Shown here piece after piece: positions 1 to 14,300 of a stretch of DNA of 64,000 nt (position 1 is its first letter; each line of letters starts with the position of its first letter). This stretch comes from Haplodiscus bocki (lineage: Eukaryota), in assembly GCA_965655095.1 (NCBI GenBank), contig OZ296655.1, positions 56,420,001 through 56,484,000 on the forward strand, read 5' to 3'. A program made the translations under genes and the position numbers. The notes below the pieces were generated by a model that ran no database searches, had not been told where the DNA came from, and saw only the letters and a list, made by a program, of their open reading frames with translations.

Positions 1-3000
1 TTTTAAAATTTGAATTCTGCTGTGATGTTTTTCGAGCCTCTTTGAGGATATTTGTGGAATTCTTTGGGGTTTTCTAAGTTCTGTCCAAATTTTGACAAAC
101 GAAAAACTAATACAAGTTTCCAACGTTTTTGGAGGAACTCAAAAAAATTTACATGCAACAGGCTACCTCTCGATTTTGCCGCGCATTACAAAAAAATCAC
201 AGGTTGAGTTTTTTGTAACTATTCGGTGAGAAAACAACAACTTAACGGTAAAAGCTTCAAAGAAACAACAAATATTAGCAACTCTGATGTAATAGTGTTT
301 CAAACAAAAGTGACACGAGCAGCTTCACTGTTTTTACGTGTTACTTTGAATACTACAACAAGTTTTCACTGCAGCAGTGCAAACAATCAAAATACGTGTA
401 TGCTAAACGTCTGAAGTGTTCATCTTGTTTATATTTTTTCCTGCGTTCAATGATAATCAGGCGAATGACCAGCTGCGCTAAAACTAGCGCTGGTAACTGC
501 CCTTCGGTAAATACTTGGTGGTTGAGCAGAGGACATTCCCTGAATCAACCCACTCAAATCCTCTCGTTGTTTTGTCGGGAGGGAGGTGAATTTAATTCCC
601 TATCTACTTGTCGACTTCCTCTTGAGTCAAGGTTCGCATTCCGGGTTGACTAAGGAGGACGTCTTTGTGGTTACTCATGGCAGGTTTCTTTCCTGACATT
701 TTGCTCTCACTCAAAGAAGTATTTACAACTATTTCGTACTTCTTTCCGTTTGTTAATACTCCAACTGTGTCGAAAGTTACTATGCAATTTTTGCGGCTTG
801 AGTTGAGTTTAGATGAAATTAGATGAGATTTAACCAAAAACACAATGTGTCCAAGAATTTGGTTTTGTTTACAAAAGGTACACCCACAGTAATAAGTGGT
901 CTTCTCTTAGCGATAAATTTACGTTGGGTCGTGGTGGATTTGCGTGCTAACGTGATTGATGGTAAGACGAAATTCTTACCATCGGCTAGTTCTCATAGGT
1001 TTGTCAGTTGCTGCCCCAGTTAACTAATTAAAATGCGAATGTAAATGCTCCAAGACTGTTGTAGCCATAGTCATGCAACATCATGTTAATGCAAACCTGA
1101 CGCAATGTATTTGCGTAATCAGAGCATGATCTAATGGATATAAAATAGATCCTTAATATCCGTGAAGATAATGCATGGGTGGAATGATCGATAATTGGAA
1201 CGTCTTTTACTGCTTTCAGGATGTTAACTACTTTGCACTGAGTTGGTTTCAAGTAAATTTAGTTTTCTTTGGAATTTATCGGTTTGTTCGGTTATGGTTT
1301 TCCACTGTGCTGTTTTTACCATTCCATTGCTAGTTGGTGTTTTCAACTCAAAGCACATAAATTCCCACGAATAATTCCATAATGGTGCACCTCAGTTACA
1401 TCAATATAAAAAGCGTAATTCAGCAGTTGGGCATTAAAGTCATTTTTCCTAAAGTATTGGATGAAAACTTTTGAATTCTTAATTTATCATCTACGCTTTG
1501 GTTGTAGTTTTCATCTCCTTGATGAAAATGATGTTAGTGTTAGGTTGTTATAGCTGTTATTCAGTGCGGTTCTCTTCTCCCCGATGAAAACCGATGAGCT
1601 CAAAATCAATGGAGTGATCAATGCGGAAGGTTTTCATCATATGGTTCGAAACTGATGAAAATTTAAAAACCTGCTACGCACTGTGAGTAGCTTACAACCC
1701 CAGATGTAAGGCGATGATTTTTTTATTGACCATCAATCTATTTTGTCATGGTTTATACACACATAAAAGTTCTCTTTTCAATGAGAGTTAAGTTTATGTT
1801 TTATGTTGCACAGTTTATGACTAATGGGTTGAAAACATCTAGCAGATGTTTTCCAATCAAAATATATTCCGGTTAGTTTATGCTTTTGTCTGTCGAGCTG
1901 CTACAGAGGGTACTTGCAATGGCGCTGTGTTTTGGTTACCAGAGTCTTTAATTAGAATTTTAGTATCTTCGAGTCTCCATCGGAATACGGCATTTTGACG
2001 GATATCTTCCAGCACTTTGGTATTCGATGGATGAATATACATTTATAAGCTCAGCAACACTTTCTCGGTAATACATATGCTTGTGTCAATAATACATAAA
2101 CTCGCTTATACCAGGGGAAGGGAAGTAATAGTACATAGTTACATTTATACATGAATGTGTTAGCTAATATTTCCCTCATGCAGGCATGACATTAATGCAC
2201 CGTTCAAATTTTTTTAATGCAAGGTCCACTAAAGCAGACACATGATATTTTAACTATCAAATGTGATCTGGCCAGTTCTAACACTCCCTAATTTGACTCC
2301 AAAAGGACATTTCAGTCAACTTTGCGTCTGGCCGACGCATGACAGCTTCCTCCATTTGGAAATGCTTTCGAACTAAATTTGGCGATACTTCGCCAGAATC
2401 TCTCGAGGAATGTCGCTGTTTAACTTTTGTACAGTGCTCGCAGGTATTTCTCTCATTTGGCGACAGTTTTTACGAAAAATTTTTAACCTTCACTGGTTTT
2501 AGAGCAGTTAATCTAAAACAATTCTGACTCAGATCGATACAATGAACCCAATTTGTCCCGATATCAAAAACAGCGTTATGGAAAAGTTTCAGATATCCTC
2601 ATCGTGGGGAGAATGCTTGAAAATTTTTGGAAACAATTTTTTTAAAATTGAGATCAATCATCGGAAAACACTCAAAATTTCTAATACTGAACAGGTGAAA
2701 TGAGCGTCACTAGTAATCTATTGAGTTGACGTCAAAAAACCGGCTAGTTGTAAAGCTAGTTTCTTGGATCACCTGGAATACAAACTTTTCAAATTTTGAT
2801 GAAGTCTATTTGAAGGAAAATTTCAGAAAAATCATCCTATTTTGTTTAAGGTTTAATTTCCTAAAAAGTGACTTCCTTCCGTTTCAGCTGTTGTGAAATC
2901 TGAGGAAACTAGGAAAAATTTCTGAGACTTACGCTTACTACTAGACTCTATTTGCATGTACAAAAGTGGCTCCTAGCTGAATGCTTGTATTATTAGAGAG

Positions 3001-3269
3001 AAACGCTGATCGTAGTTTTTTTAAAGTAAATAAAATTTTGATCACTATTGATGTGGAAGATTTTAGAAAAAGGGCTCGATTTATTTCGATCAATATTTAT
3101 GGTGGCTTGGTGCCTCGCAGTCATTGTTAAATTAAATTTTTTTTTAAATTTGCTGTTCGGAATTATTTTTTTGTCTTTTTCTTAAAGCATGAATATTGAC
3201 TAGTCGAATTAACAGAAAAACATTGACTGGGTCGAACTTCTCCCCACAATTTGTCTACGTTGAAGGCTT

Positions 3270-4143
3270 CCCGGGTTGAAATCCCGAGGATAATCAGCGC
3301 TGACCAGTGCTGTTTCAGAGATTTGTCCTTTTTCAGCACTGATTCAGAGAACATTAAAAACATCACCGGTATTCAGCTGTTTCATAGCTGATCAGCTCTG
3401 ATTCTTTCTGACTGCTGTTTCAAAGAGAATCAGCTCTGAATCAACGCTGTTCAGCGCTGATTTTCATAGCTCTAAAATCTTGAATTTTCAGCGTTGATTC
3501 AGCGCTGAACAGCGCTGATTTATTATGAATCAGCTCTGATATTAACACAAGTAGATGAGAATAATAATTTGTCATAACGTAGTCAGAAGTGATGAAAATG
3601 CATGCAGTGGTCATCAAAATGGTATTAAAGAAAACGTTAAGGTCTCCAATTTCTGCAAAAAGACAGCAAGAACTCAAGTTTTTGTGAAATAATCTGGAAA
3701 ATTCATCCCACTAAACGAAAAAAATGCTTTTGAAAATTTAAACCATAGTAGTTTTGTTACTTGAGCAGTAACAAAAAAACTCAAACACATTAGAATTTCT
3801 CAAATTTTTGGCCCGTAAGAAAATCGACAACTTAATTTCTGTTCTTGACTTCTTTTCGCAAATTGGACTGAAAATGACAATTATTGGCCTCCAAATTGAG
3901 TTACTTCTAACAAATTCGAAAAAAAAATAAAAAATAGACTGAAAGTTGTCATTCTGAATCCTTCAAAAATGAGCGCTGTTTCAGAGGAAATCAGCGCTGC
4001 TTAGCTTTGATTTTCAGCTCTTAAATATTTCGTTTTCAGCGCTGTTCAGGGATTTTCAGGTATTGAACAGTGCTGAACCAGAGCTGAAAAATTTCTGAAT
4101 CAGAGCTTATCAGCGCGGAACGTCTCTGAGATGTCAACCCAGG
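3270..4143. mobile_element. Non-autonomous TIR DNA transposon (MITE) with subterminal AATCAGCGCTG repeats
   Basis: The left end CCCGGGTTGAAATCCCGAGGA matches the reverse complement of the right end (CCTGGGTTGACATCTCAGAGA). Many (t)cagcgctg(a) palindromic repeats occur near both ends. No ORF; TSD unclear. Confidence 0.6.
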
Positions 4144-4428
4144 TTATCGGCTGCAACAAAGCGAAAAATTGCCATTGTTCAGTAGAAAAATAGCATCGCA
4201 TGCCGGAATTTTGTAGCAAAATTTCACCGTTAATAGACGTTCCTATGCTGCTTTTATTTCAGTTCAAAAAGTTTCAAAAGTAAAATGTGTACTACTTTAA
4301 ACTCCGCAGAAAAATTTTGTGATTGGAACTTAGGAGGAGTTCATTGAGTGAACTTTTCTTTTTTTTTCTGAATATTTGGAGATAGTTTTATTTTGGATCA
4401 ACCAAACTGGCATTTGATCAGCACTATA

Positions 4429-4770
4429 ACAAGACAGCAGGCTGCCACCGGTTATTTTCCGCCCACCATTTTTGTTAAAGATGCCTTTGAAAAGTGTGAA
4501 AGATTTTTTTTCAAAAATACTCTTTCATCAAATTCCTTAGTTTTTCCTATTTTAAAAATTTTCTGATTTTTTTGCAAAAAAATGGCAATTAAGGCGGAAT
4601 AGACACTTTAAAGAAATAATATCATTTGATACACACTCTGAGGCAAATTTTCTATAATTCAAAAAAAAACTCAGAATCGTCCGGATATTGGGATTTGGAC
4701 ATTTTCAATTGACAAGAAAACGTAAAAAACTCACTCGGTAAGTGGATAATTTTCCTTCCATATTATAAGT
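4429..4770 (+). repeat. Dispersed repeat family A, copy 1 (ACAAGAC-start, possibly Helentron-derived)
   Basis: Shares acaagac...ttttccgc...tttgttaaagat, atcatttgatac and ttttccttccatatt with 8167-8640, and in reverse with 34860-35370 and 48060-48360. Confidence 0.6.
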
Positions 4771-4796
4771 ATGCACGAAAAAAAATAACTTAGCGA

Positions 4797-6402
4797 CTAG
4801 CGGTGGTTTTCTTAAGATATCGGTGACATTACCGGCATTTTTTAAAAAAAGAGGTTTGCCGATCTTGATTTTTTTTCAAAAAAATGTTACAATACCTACC
4901 GGCTTATCAGTGAATCTTAGGAATGTAAGAGGGCCATGGGCAGAAATATCGGCAATCTTGGAAAAATAACGACACTTCAAGTTAAAGTTTGACGCGAACA
5001 TTGTTTATTCTTTCTGCTAACTTATCAGCATTATACAACTCTTGCACAAGAAGATGGTGAAGGCTCTTCATGAACGGATTCCAAATAATGCAATCATAAT
5101 GTTGTCAAGATCATTGGGTCCCTTTCTTGTTGCAATCATTTTTCACACCTTCATCAACAGATTAGAAGCGAGTACTTTCCCTCTGGACAATATAAAAGCG
5201 TTTTGTCCGTGTCTTACCCCAGTTGCAGACGCAGTCAAGACGATAGAAGTGGCCGATGTGGACTCATGCATTTTCTCATCTTTTCTCACTCCTCAAATAA
5301 TTGCAGTGATCTACTGTGTTAGTGCTAAAAACAGCCAAATTCGGTTACTTCGAAAATGATTTCGTTCAATTCTGGATAAGTCTTATGCAGGTCAAGCTTA
5401 GAACTTAGTATGACTTTTTTGTCTACTTGGTTGCCCTGTATGGAGCTCAAGTTTTCAAAGACATCTTGCGTGGTAAATTTTGACAAAATTTTGATCCATA
5501 TTCCTTTGAGAACTATGGAAAAACCTTCTCAGAATTGATTATCGGACAAAGATCTGTACACAACTACATCCAAATAAGGCCACAATCATAGTTATTTCCA
5601 AGCTGTCCCAGAAATACTCATACACTATCAAGCTTGCACCTCAAAGGAAACGTGAGTTCATAATTATGGAATTTTTCAGTTTCATGTAAGGAAAACACGT
5701 TTCTACCTCCGATGAATTGGCAAAAGCTACTACAAACATGTTCCATATCAAACTTTTCCGAAGTCACCGTAGAGAGCTCGAAAAATGAAACTATTATCAA
5801 ATAAGATATATTAATTTTGATTTCTAGGAATTATTAGAATCATTTATGAGAAAATAAGCGTGCTGCGTGGAAAATTGGAATTGTGCGTAGGTTTGAAAAT
5901 TTTATGCTGCTTTCATGTTCTGTATGTTGCATATAAAATTATTGTAAAATGTCTTGCAACAGTCAACTTTTACGCAAATAAAATTAACATGCATCACGCA
6001 AAATCTTGTACAATGTTTCGCGTCAACATACAAAAACCTTGCAACTTCCACCATGCAAAGTCAAATACTGTTAAAACTGAAGCCAGTAGCTAAAACTCCT
6101 TTCTTCAGTATACCTTCGAACATTCGAATATCTCTCAGAACAGTTTGGGCAAATTTTGAGAATAAATTTGAACGATATATATAAGCTTTCAAGCTCAACA
6201 ACACTTAGTCCTCTAAAGTATATAGTATCTCCTGAATTGGCAAAAATTTTTATTTTTCCACGAATGTCGCTATTTCGCTGATGTTACCGGTATTCTTACA
6301 TGATCCAGCAATATGCGTCAAATGCGAAAATGCCAATATCAGGGTTAATTTGACTAAAAACACCGTTAGTTTGATCGATATCTTAGCAAAAACCGCAGCT
6401 AA
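4797..6402. mobile_element. Degenerate TIR element
   Basis: The left end gcggtggttttcttaagatatcggtgacattaccggcattttt resembles the reverse complement of the right end (gcggtttttgctaagatatcgatcaaactaacggtgttttt). Confidence 0.4.
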
Positions 6403-8166
6403 ATTTATGTAACTTAGTCCACACATAAATTGGAAACCCGTTTCATCGGACTAACTGGCAACAATTCCCCGAGTTTTTTAAATGCAGCAGCAACTGTTTT
6501 GTTGCACTATTTTGAACCCAATAATAAAAAAATTCTGAGAAAATTATTTTCTACAAAGTAAAAAGTCTATTTATTAGTTGAAAACAGTGATCATTGCGTT
6601 CTGGAAATGCTATCACATTTTGAGCTGAATAAAGTTTTTCATCGAAGATTGATTCTTGACTTTTTCAAAGATTATCTTTTATTCCTTTGCCAAACTCCGG
6701 AGGGAGCCACTATCATTCCATTTATTCCTGAATAACTGGAACAATCTTGTCTAATTTTTTTACGAAGTAACGTGACCAGTAAATTTTTGTTTGTTTTGGG
6801 CGAAATTTATCCAAGAGATCCTCCAAGCTGCGCTCAAAGCTTTTATTACATCTTTTATCAGCCATTTTTTCCAAGAAACGCCGTTCTCATTTTGAAGTTT
6901 CTGATTAACAAGGAACGGACAAAACCGGATGATTTTCTACGATTTTCACGACTTTATCGTGGAAAATGTTCGCTGAGTTTTCCACCCGAGGTTCATGTAC
7001 GATATAAGAAAGAGCGTCGTTTTTATATCAATAAGTCATGCTCCATTAAAAAATTTTCCGTTGATGAGTCGTTTAGAGAAACTTGAAAGTAATCAATTGT
7101 ATTGGTCTCTTTGTATTGACGAAAAAGAAAATTTTTGTTTCAGCCGCTATCTAGTCTCTGTTATCTGTATTCAGCGGATGCTTTGGAGTTCCCAAAAAAG
7201 GTCGTTACAAATCCAGAATTCAACCAATGTCCAAACTACCCCTCATCATTTGCTTCCCAAGGCCAGCGGAAACTATACAGTATTTCCAGGAATCTCTTCC
7301 AGCGAACAACAACTTGCAAAGATCTCTACAACAGTGGCAGTTAGTAGTGGCGTACAAAAAAAAAGAACTCTTTTTCAATTAAACATACATTTTTTTATTT
7401 CTGAAAATTACGTTAGATTTAGAAATTAGATTTAAAACACTGTAAGCGTTTCAGCATTTGAAGCTAAGAAAATTCCAAAACCCGAAAATTTTTTCTGTTC
7501 CTTAACGGCACAGTCTTAGGCCATGAGGGAATAATACACAACCTACATATCCTTGAAATTATTGGTTTGCCTAAAGATGAAGCTCTAACTTTCACTAATA
7601 AACTTAATAGTAGTCACATCAAAGAGTAACCGAAACAGTAATAACCTAAGTTAGAATCGAACGCCCAACACAGACTTTTCAGAAAATTATTTTCTCAGAC
7701 CACAGTGAGTTTCTCGAAAAACGTCAGCTATAAAATTTTCTTACAATTTCTTCTGATTTACAATGGTTTTTCTTCAAAATAGCAATAATCGTTTTTGCCG
7801 TGATTTTGCCGAATAGGCATTTTCTGCAGCTTCTCCCAGAATGTCTGATGACTGACTCAAAATTGTGACAACATTCAAAAAAAATATGAAGGATATCGAG
7901 GTTGTTAACTGTCTAGATAGATTGTTAAGTCTGGAAAGTTCCAGGTTGTTAACCGAGATGTCTCGTGTGTGCTTCATCTGGAAGCCATAAAGGATTTGCA
8001 ATAGCATAATTTCGTAACAAATAAAACTTAAATAATACTGCAAAATTATTATTGCCCACCTATGGGGCGTGCATGCGATTGGTCACATTGATCGTTAACT
8101 GTAAAAAAGTAAATGAAGAAGGAAATAGCTATGATGCATCGAAAATACCCCTGATAGGAAAATAAA

Positions 8167-8640
8167 ACAAGACGGCCGGCTAGCACCGCCATATTTTCCG
8201 CACTCCAACTTTGTTAAAGATACCTTTTAGAAGGATGAAACGGTTATTTTTGAAAAAAAAACTTTATCAAATTTTCTAACTTTTCGAAATTTAGAATTTT
8301 CTGATTATTTCCAAAAGAAACTCGATTTAGGTGGGAGAAAAGACATCAGAGATAAAATCATTTGATACGCATTCTTTGGCAAACTTTCCACCTTTAATTA
8401 TTTTGAACAAAAAATCAAGTTCTTTCAAGAACTTTAAAAAAAAACCAGTTCATCAAAACCCCAAATTTTGTATATATTTGAGAAATCGTACTATTTCAAT
8501 CGCATTCGGCAAAATTGCTATAATTTGGTTCTTAAAAAAATCAATTTCAGGTTCGTGCTATTTTGCCCAACATGTTCAATTGGCAAGTAAACGTAAAAGA
8601 ATGCACGCGTTGAGTGAATGATTTTCCTTCCATATTTAAA
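8167..8640 (+). repeat. Dispersed repeat family A, copy 2
   Basis: acaagacggccggctagcaccgccatattttccgc...atcatttgatacgcattctttggcaaac...ttttccttccatatt, shared with the other copies. Confidence 0.6.
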
Positions 8641-8664
8641 TGTGGGCGGAAAACAACAAAGGTA

Positions 8665-9958
8665 CCCTAGTCATTGTGTCAGACAAAACTTGCCAGATTC
8701 CTGGAAAAATTCTTGCAAGATCCTGCAAGATCATGCATAATTCTTGCAGAAAAAATGCAAGATTCTTGCAACAAAATGATATTTCTTGCAAGAATCTTGC
8801 AAACATTTTTTCGTCCATTGAAAATCTTGCAAGAAAAGTCTGGTTCTGGAACTTTTATACTTTTTTAAAACAGCAATTTTGAGAAGCTTTGAAGAAGTAT
8901 CTTTTATTATTTGACGCAATCAATCATTTCAATAAGAATGAGATATAATCTTCCGTATAATATCTTCTTTATTTTGAAGTTCACATGATCGATTCGTGCT
9001 GTTCGGTTCAAATGCTTCTTCAAGTACAAATTTCCACATCTCCACATGTAGTCACTGAAGACAACAAGTGAAAAAGAGACATTTTCTGGTTATCTCTGAC
9101 TTAAATTATCGTTTTTCCTTCAAAAATCCAAAAACTGAAGTCAGCTGCTTAATCGGCAAGCAATTTCAAAAACTTCCGGGATTGATTCCAGAAAAATATT
9201 CTCTTGTATTGAAAAAGAATAAATACCAATTAAGATTGCCAATTGTGCTTGAATGGTATTTTGAGGTTTGTTTCTGACAAGTACTGATTTGGAAAGTGAA
9301 GCGGATTTTTCCATTTAAAAAATGGTATATTTTGACCAAAAGGTAGATCCCATTACAAATCAGTGGGGATGTCTCAGTGAGAGGGGGGTGAATCAGTGGA
9401 TGGGGGTTCTTCAACTATTCATAGATGATGTTGCTGCGAGAAATTCTTCGAAATCTCAAAACTCTTTCTCGAGAATTTGTGGCCAATTTCATTTTGTAGC
9501 AATGTTCTAGAATTCATACATTATCTTGGTAGTTTCTTGGAATTATCATAAGTTTTCTTGCAAGATTCTTTCAAAAAAGCTCAAAGATTCACCTGTATTT
9601 GCAAGTATTTTCGCAAATATATTTTTTATAAAAATAGAAAAGCAATTGAAGATGTGTTTTTCAGGCATTCATGAATAAATTTGCTGCCAAAAAGGCTCCA
9701 GTGTTTCAAAATTAACTGTCAAAGAAGTTCAATAAAATAGACATGGAGACAGCCTACAAAATTTTCCAGAAATCACACATTTTCTTGGATGTTTCTTGTA
9801 TTTACCTGACGGTTTTTTGCAAGATTCTTGCAAGAAACTTGCAAGAATTTTTCGTACTTGCAAGATATATTTGTTCTTGCAAAATTCTTGCAGGGAATCT
9901 CTGATGTGAACGATTCTTGCAAGATTCTTGCAAGAAATCTCTGGGGAAATATCTAGGG
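8665..9958. mobile_element. Non-autonomous TIR element with CCCTAG...CTAGGG ends, TA flanks and TCTTGCAAGA palindrome arrays
   Basis: ta|ccctag at 8663-8670 and ctaggg|ta at 9953-9960. Clusters of the 10-bp palindrome tcttgcaaga lie at both subterminal regions; a related cluster is at ~44815-44970. Confidence 0.6.
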
Positions 9959-10189
9959 TAATGTCAATCGATCTTTGAAAACATCAAGGAAAGGTACAGT
10001 AACACTGCGATCTTTTGCGACTGCAATTGCTCCAAAACAACAAAAATGAAAGAAATACTTCGCTAAAAATCAGTTTAGTGAGTATTTTCCTATGAAAAGC
10101 TTCGCAAACTCTACCGCGCAATCTCATAGAATTTTCTGGAAAAGTCATATCTAATCTAGTCCTTTTTATCCAACAACTTGGTTGATTAA

Positions 10190-11300
10190 AGTCATAAATG
10201 CCAAGAAGTACCGCTTTGAAAACAGCAAACTCAATGCGAATGACGAATTTTTTCTACTTCTAAGCTAACAGAAACAATTATACCTCATAGAACACCCCAG
10301 AAACTGACCAAATGATGTCTGACGTTTTTTGACGAAAAAATTTGATGTACAGTTGTATAACAACAAATTTGAAACAAATTTAGAAAAAAAACGTTACCTG
10401 TCTTTTGAGGAAAATTTGGAAAATATTACCGCAATCGCAAAAAAACCAAAAAAAGACAAAACCAATGATAACTGCAATGGCAGATATCACCCGAAAGGTC
10501 AAACACAATGTATGTAATTTGTCACACATATCGAAGGACGAATGAAGACAAACATGCCAAGATGTAACTTCCTTGAAAACAGCAAACTTTGTGAAAATGT
10601 CGAGGATATTTCCAATTCTTCCAAGTCCAAAAGCACCAAAGAAACTATCCGATCACTAAGGACTCATCACAAAACTTACATGTGAATTTACACAGTTAGT
10701 TCACATAAAAATCGTTTTCAATTAAAAAAGAAGTGAGATGATGTACCGGTTTTAGGACAGCAAAAGTCAAACCAACTCAAGAAAAAAGTAGTTTCTTTTG
10801 TTTTTCTCTGATGAAATGCATGGAGAAATGCAACTACATGCCACTATCGCACTAAAACTTTGCAAAATCAAAAGTGCAGTGGTTTCATTTCCCACACAAA
10901 ACAAAGGACAATTGAAGATGTTCCGTTCAAAAACAGCAAACTCGTATTGAAGTTCGAACCATTCTCAGTCCTCTCATATCCAAAAGCATCCAAAATATAC
11001 CCGGTCAATTGGGACACCTCGCAAGACTTATTTCGATAAGAAGATAGTTTGATGAACGAAATTTGTTTTGATTCCGATGCAGGACTGGGATGATCTACAG
11101 TTCCAAAGAGAACAAATTCAGCAATAAAAAATCAGTTTCTTGCCTTTTCTTTTGTTAAAAGCATCGTAAAAAAAACTTGGACAGTAATTGCCGCAATTGT
11201 TAAAGCTGCTGTAGTTTTATATGTCACGCAAAAGTGAAAACGATTGAAGACTTGACTTTCAACAACTAACGCAACCTCAGAAAACCCCGAAAATGTCAAA
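10190..11300. repeat. Old degenerate tandem array, ~356-bp period with a half-period subrepeat
   Basis: gatgt...aaaacagcaaact motif recurs at ~10205, ~10561 and ~10917, with weaker intermediate copies at ~10740 and ~11092. Confidence 0.4.
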
Positions 11301-14300
11301 ATGTATATGCATGTAGTTTTCACACAAAACTGAGGTTGTTTGAACAATCAGATGACAAAATTTATCGTTTTAAAACGGCTAAAACTTTACAGTTTGATAT
11401 TTTTCTATTTTTCCTCCATAGAAAAGCAATTCGAAATATACTCATGTTCTATCAAACCTCAAAAAGCTCCGAATCAATTCTTTTCATCTTTTTCTGACAA
11501 AAATTGAGTTGATGGGATAACGATGGATTTGATAGACGTCATCAGGAAAATCCAGAAAACTTGATAAAGAGTTGTCAACTTTTCCAAATGTTTTTGCAAA
11601 AGGAAACCAAAATTAACAACTACAGTGAACAGAGCAATTCAAATGATCAAGAAGAATTTATACACATCTAGATGAGCGTTTTGAAGTAAAAAAAAAAGTT
11701 GCAAAAAAATTCAACTTGCTAAAACTTTTTCGGCCATCACGAAAAATGTCGGGATAATTTCGAAAAAAAATGTACCGGAAAAAACGGACAATTGCTGAGC
11801 AATATGGATCACAATTCTCTTTAGTAAGCCCAGAAGAACGCCAAACGGTTTCTACCAAGTCATCCAGGTACGCAGTTGTCATGCGCACCACTTAGAAAGC
11901 ACTGAGCCATACGGCCAATTATGTTTGAAGTCCAGATTGATAGAATAGGGGAATCACGGGAGAACGACGTAGATTACTTTTCGAGGATTTAACTCATGCT
12001 TGATTGTGTTGCAAAACAAAAACGATGCTTCTTAAAGCAAGTGAGCAATCTTAATTAATAAAGGTGAAATATTTCAACTAGTTTTCCTGTTTAATGTATT
12101 CAACGTACATACGTTAAATAAATTAAACAGGAAAACTAGCTGAAAACTCTAGCAATATTGTATGAAACACACAAATAAAGGGAGCGATATTGTGTTGTGA
12201 GCAAATATGAAAACGTTCTCCCTTGGGGAAGTATTAACAGAAAAAAAATGGTGTCACAGTTATATGCAAAAGATTTGATGGCTCTTGCTAATGCAAATTG
12301 AAGGTCGCTTCCCATTAAGACGAAACTTTTCCAGAAGCTGTGAACCATTACGTAAGCAATAAGTTTTCCTCAAAAACTGGAAGGTAAATCAACGGTCCGA
12401 ATTCAGTTTAAAGTTAAAGATTGCTAAAACAGTGAATGTGTTATCAAAAAACACAATCGGAAGAATCCTTTATTTTTATTTTACAACTGTTGGCGGATGT
12501 TGCTGATACCACTGTAATTGGGATTGCTAGTGGGCTATCCCTAAAAGATACGTAAATACAATCTGTTAGTTTTAACGACAACAAAAGACAGGCGACTTCT
12601 CCGGGTAGACTTAGTATGTGGCACGGTGTTAAAATCCAGCAGGTGTGGGAGATTCACATTGTGTTACATCTTGCGGCGCTGTGGTTACTCAATGGTTTTT
12701 GCAGAAGTAAAGTTACTAAATCCCAATACCAAACCTAAAATCACGAAACAATTGACCGACTGCTTGCAAAGTACAAAACAAGGCTTGAGGATGGTCATGT
12801 GAGGCATCCTATTTTGTATCATCCAATTCAATAAAAGGATCGTTCTGGGAACGTTCCTTGACTCGTTCCTGGTTTCTAGTAGTTGCGTTCCGGGAATTCT
12901 CGGGTTAACTCCGGGTTGAACCGAAACCTGTGAGTCCAGAAGAAACTTTTCCAGTTTTGAAAGTGGATCTAAAAATCTTTTCTCAGTCCGATTGAGTTCC
13001 TAGGGAAGCTTTTTAGTCACGTTTTTTACGACATCTTCAGAGACTCAAAAAATCTAATCAATCCTCATTCCACCTAAGGAGATTTGTATCTGCAAATGTT
13101 CCGGCTATAGAACGTTCGTCGTGACTATCTTGGTCAAACGTGCCAACTTTTTTTTGTTAATCAATGTAAGCTTTTGAAACATAAGTAGTCAGTGTGAAGA
13201 CTGAAATCAACTTTTTATCATTATTGAACCAGTGGAAAGAAAACTCATGCACACTATGGAAAGCAACTCCACTATACACTATACGCATTGGGCAATCATG
13301 TCTTTCAGTAACTATGTGTCTTCTATTTATTCTTCTATTTATATTATCTTCTTGCCAGGAACCATAACTACTTACATGGTAAGTCGAGGTAGTCAATAAA
13401 AAAAGTACTGAACTTGGCACAGATCAGAAGATAATTGCCCAATCAAGCAGGAAGTAATCACTTTTCTGCCTATTGTTTTCTTCATATGTCGCGTGCTTTC
13501 CATGTTTCAACGGAAAACTAATAGAGAGAATCAGAAATGGTCATCAAATTGAATATTCCCGCTCTATCAGTGTATATATTCATTGGAAGAACGAAGCAAA
13601 GTAATTTTTTCCCTTTTTAGCAAAAAAATGGGGTTAGTTGTATAGTATAGATTAGCGGGAATAAATATATTACCAACATTTCATGAAGCTGTAATAGTGA
13701 CTATTTTGGGAAAATATTCGAGACGAGTAGTAGTTAGGCAGGTTCCTAGAGCGTTCCTCAATTTTATTAGTCTTTCCCGGATTTTTTCCGTACTTTACAA
13801 GTAACGTTTTAGTAACAGGGGACATAAATGATCAAGTAGTACAACAAACATTGGTCCGTATTTTTCTGCGGATTTAGCTTTCTCAGCTCAGCTATCCCAA
13901 AAAAAGAAATGAACAAAGGACGTCACCAGACTTGTGTGACGGAACACGCAGTGAAAAAGAATCACCCTTTGAGTCTCGAATTTTGCAATACAGTTATATA
14001 AGCACTGATAATTGAAATAATCACTCATATAATTTTTAGCACTTTTAGCAGAAAATTATTGCAGAGGTGAATTTATGTAATATTGAATCAATGTTATTGG
14101 AAAAAGGCAAAGGTACTTGTTTGTTCCGTACCCTTTGCGTCCAAGTGTGTATCAGTATTATGGAAAGGTAATTCATCTTTATTTACCTTTCCATTCAAAC
14201 TGATAGAAAATGGAAAATTATAAATGCCATTAGTTTTCAATTTCATGTTTGTTAGTCCTTCTAATCATCATGGGGTGTTCCTTCTGAAAGAATAATTTGT

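Noticed and set aside
400-2100. Protein-like minus-strand fragments and a 10-bp hairpin at 958-983
   Set aside because: No recognisable family or consistent splice structure; a single short hairpin is expected by chance.
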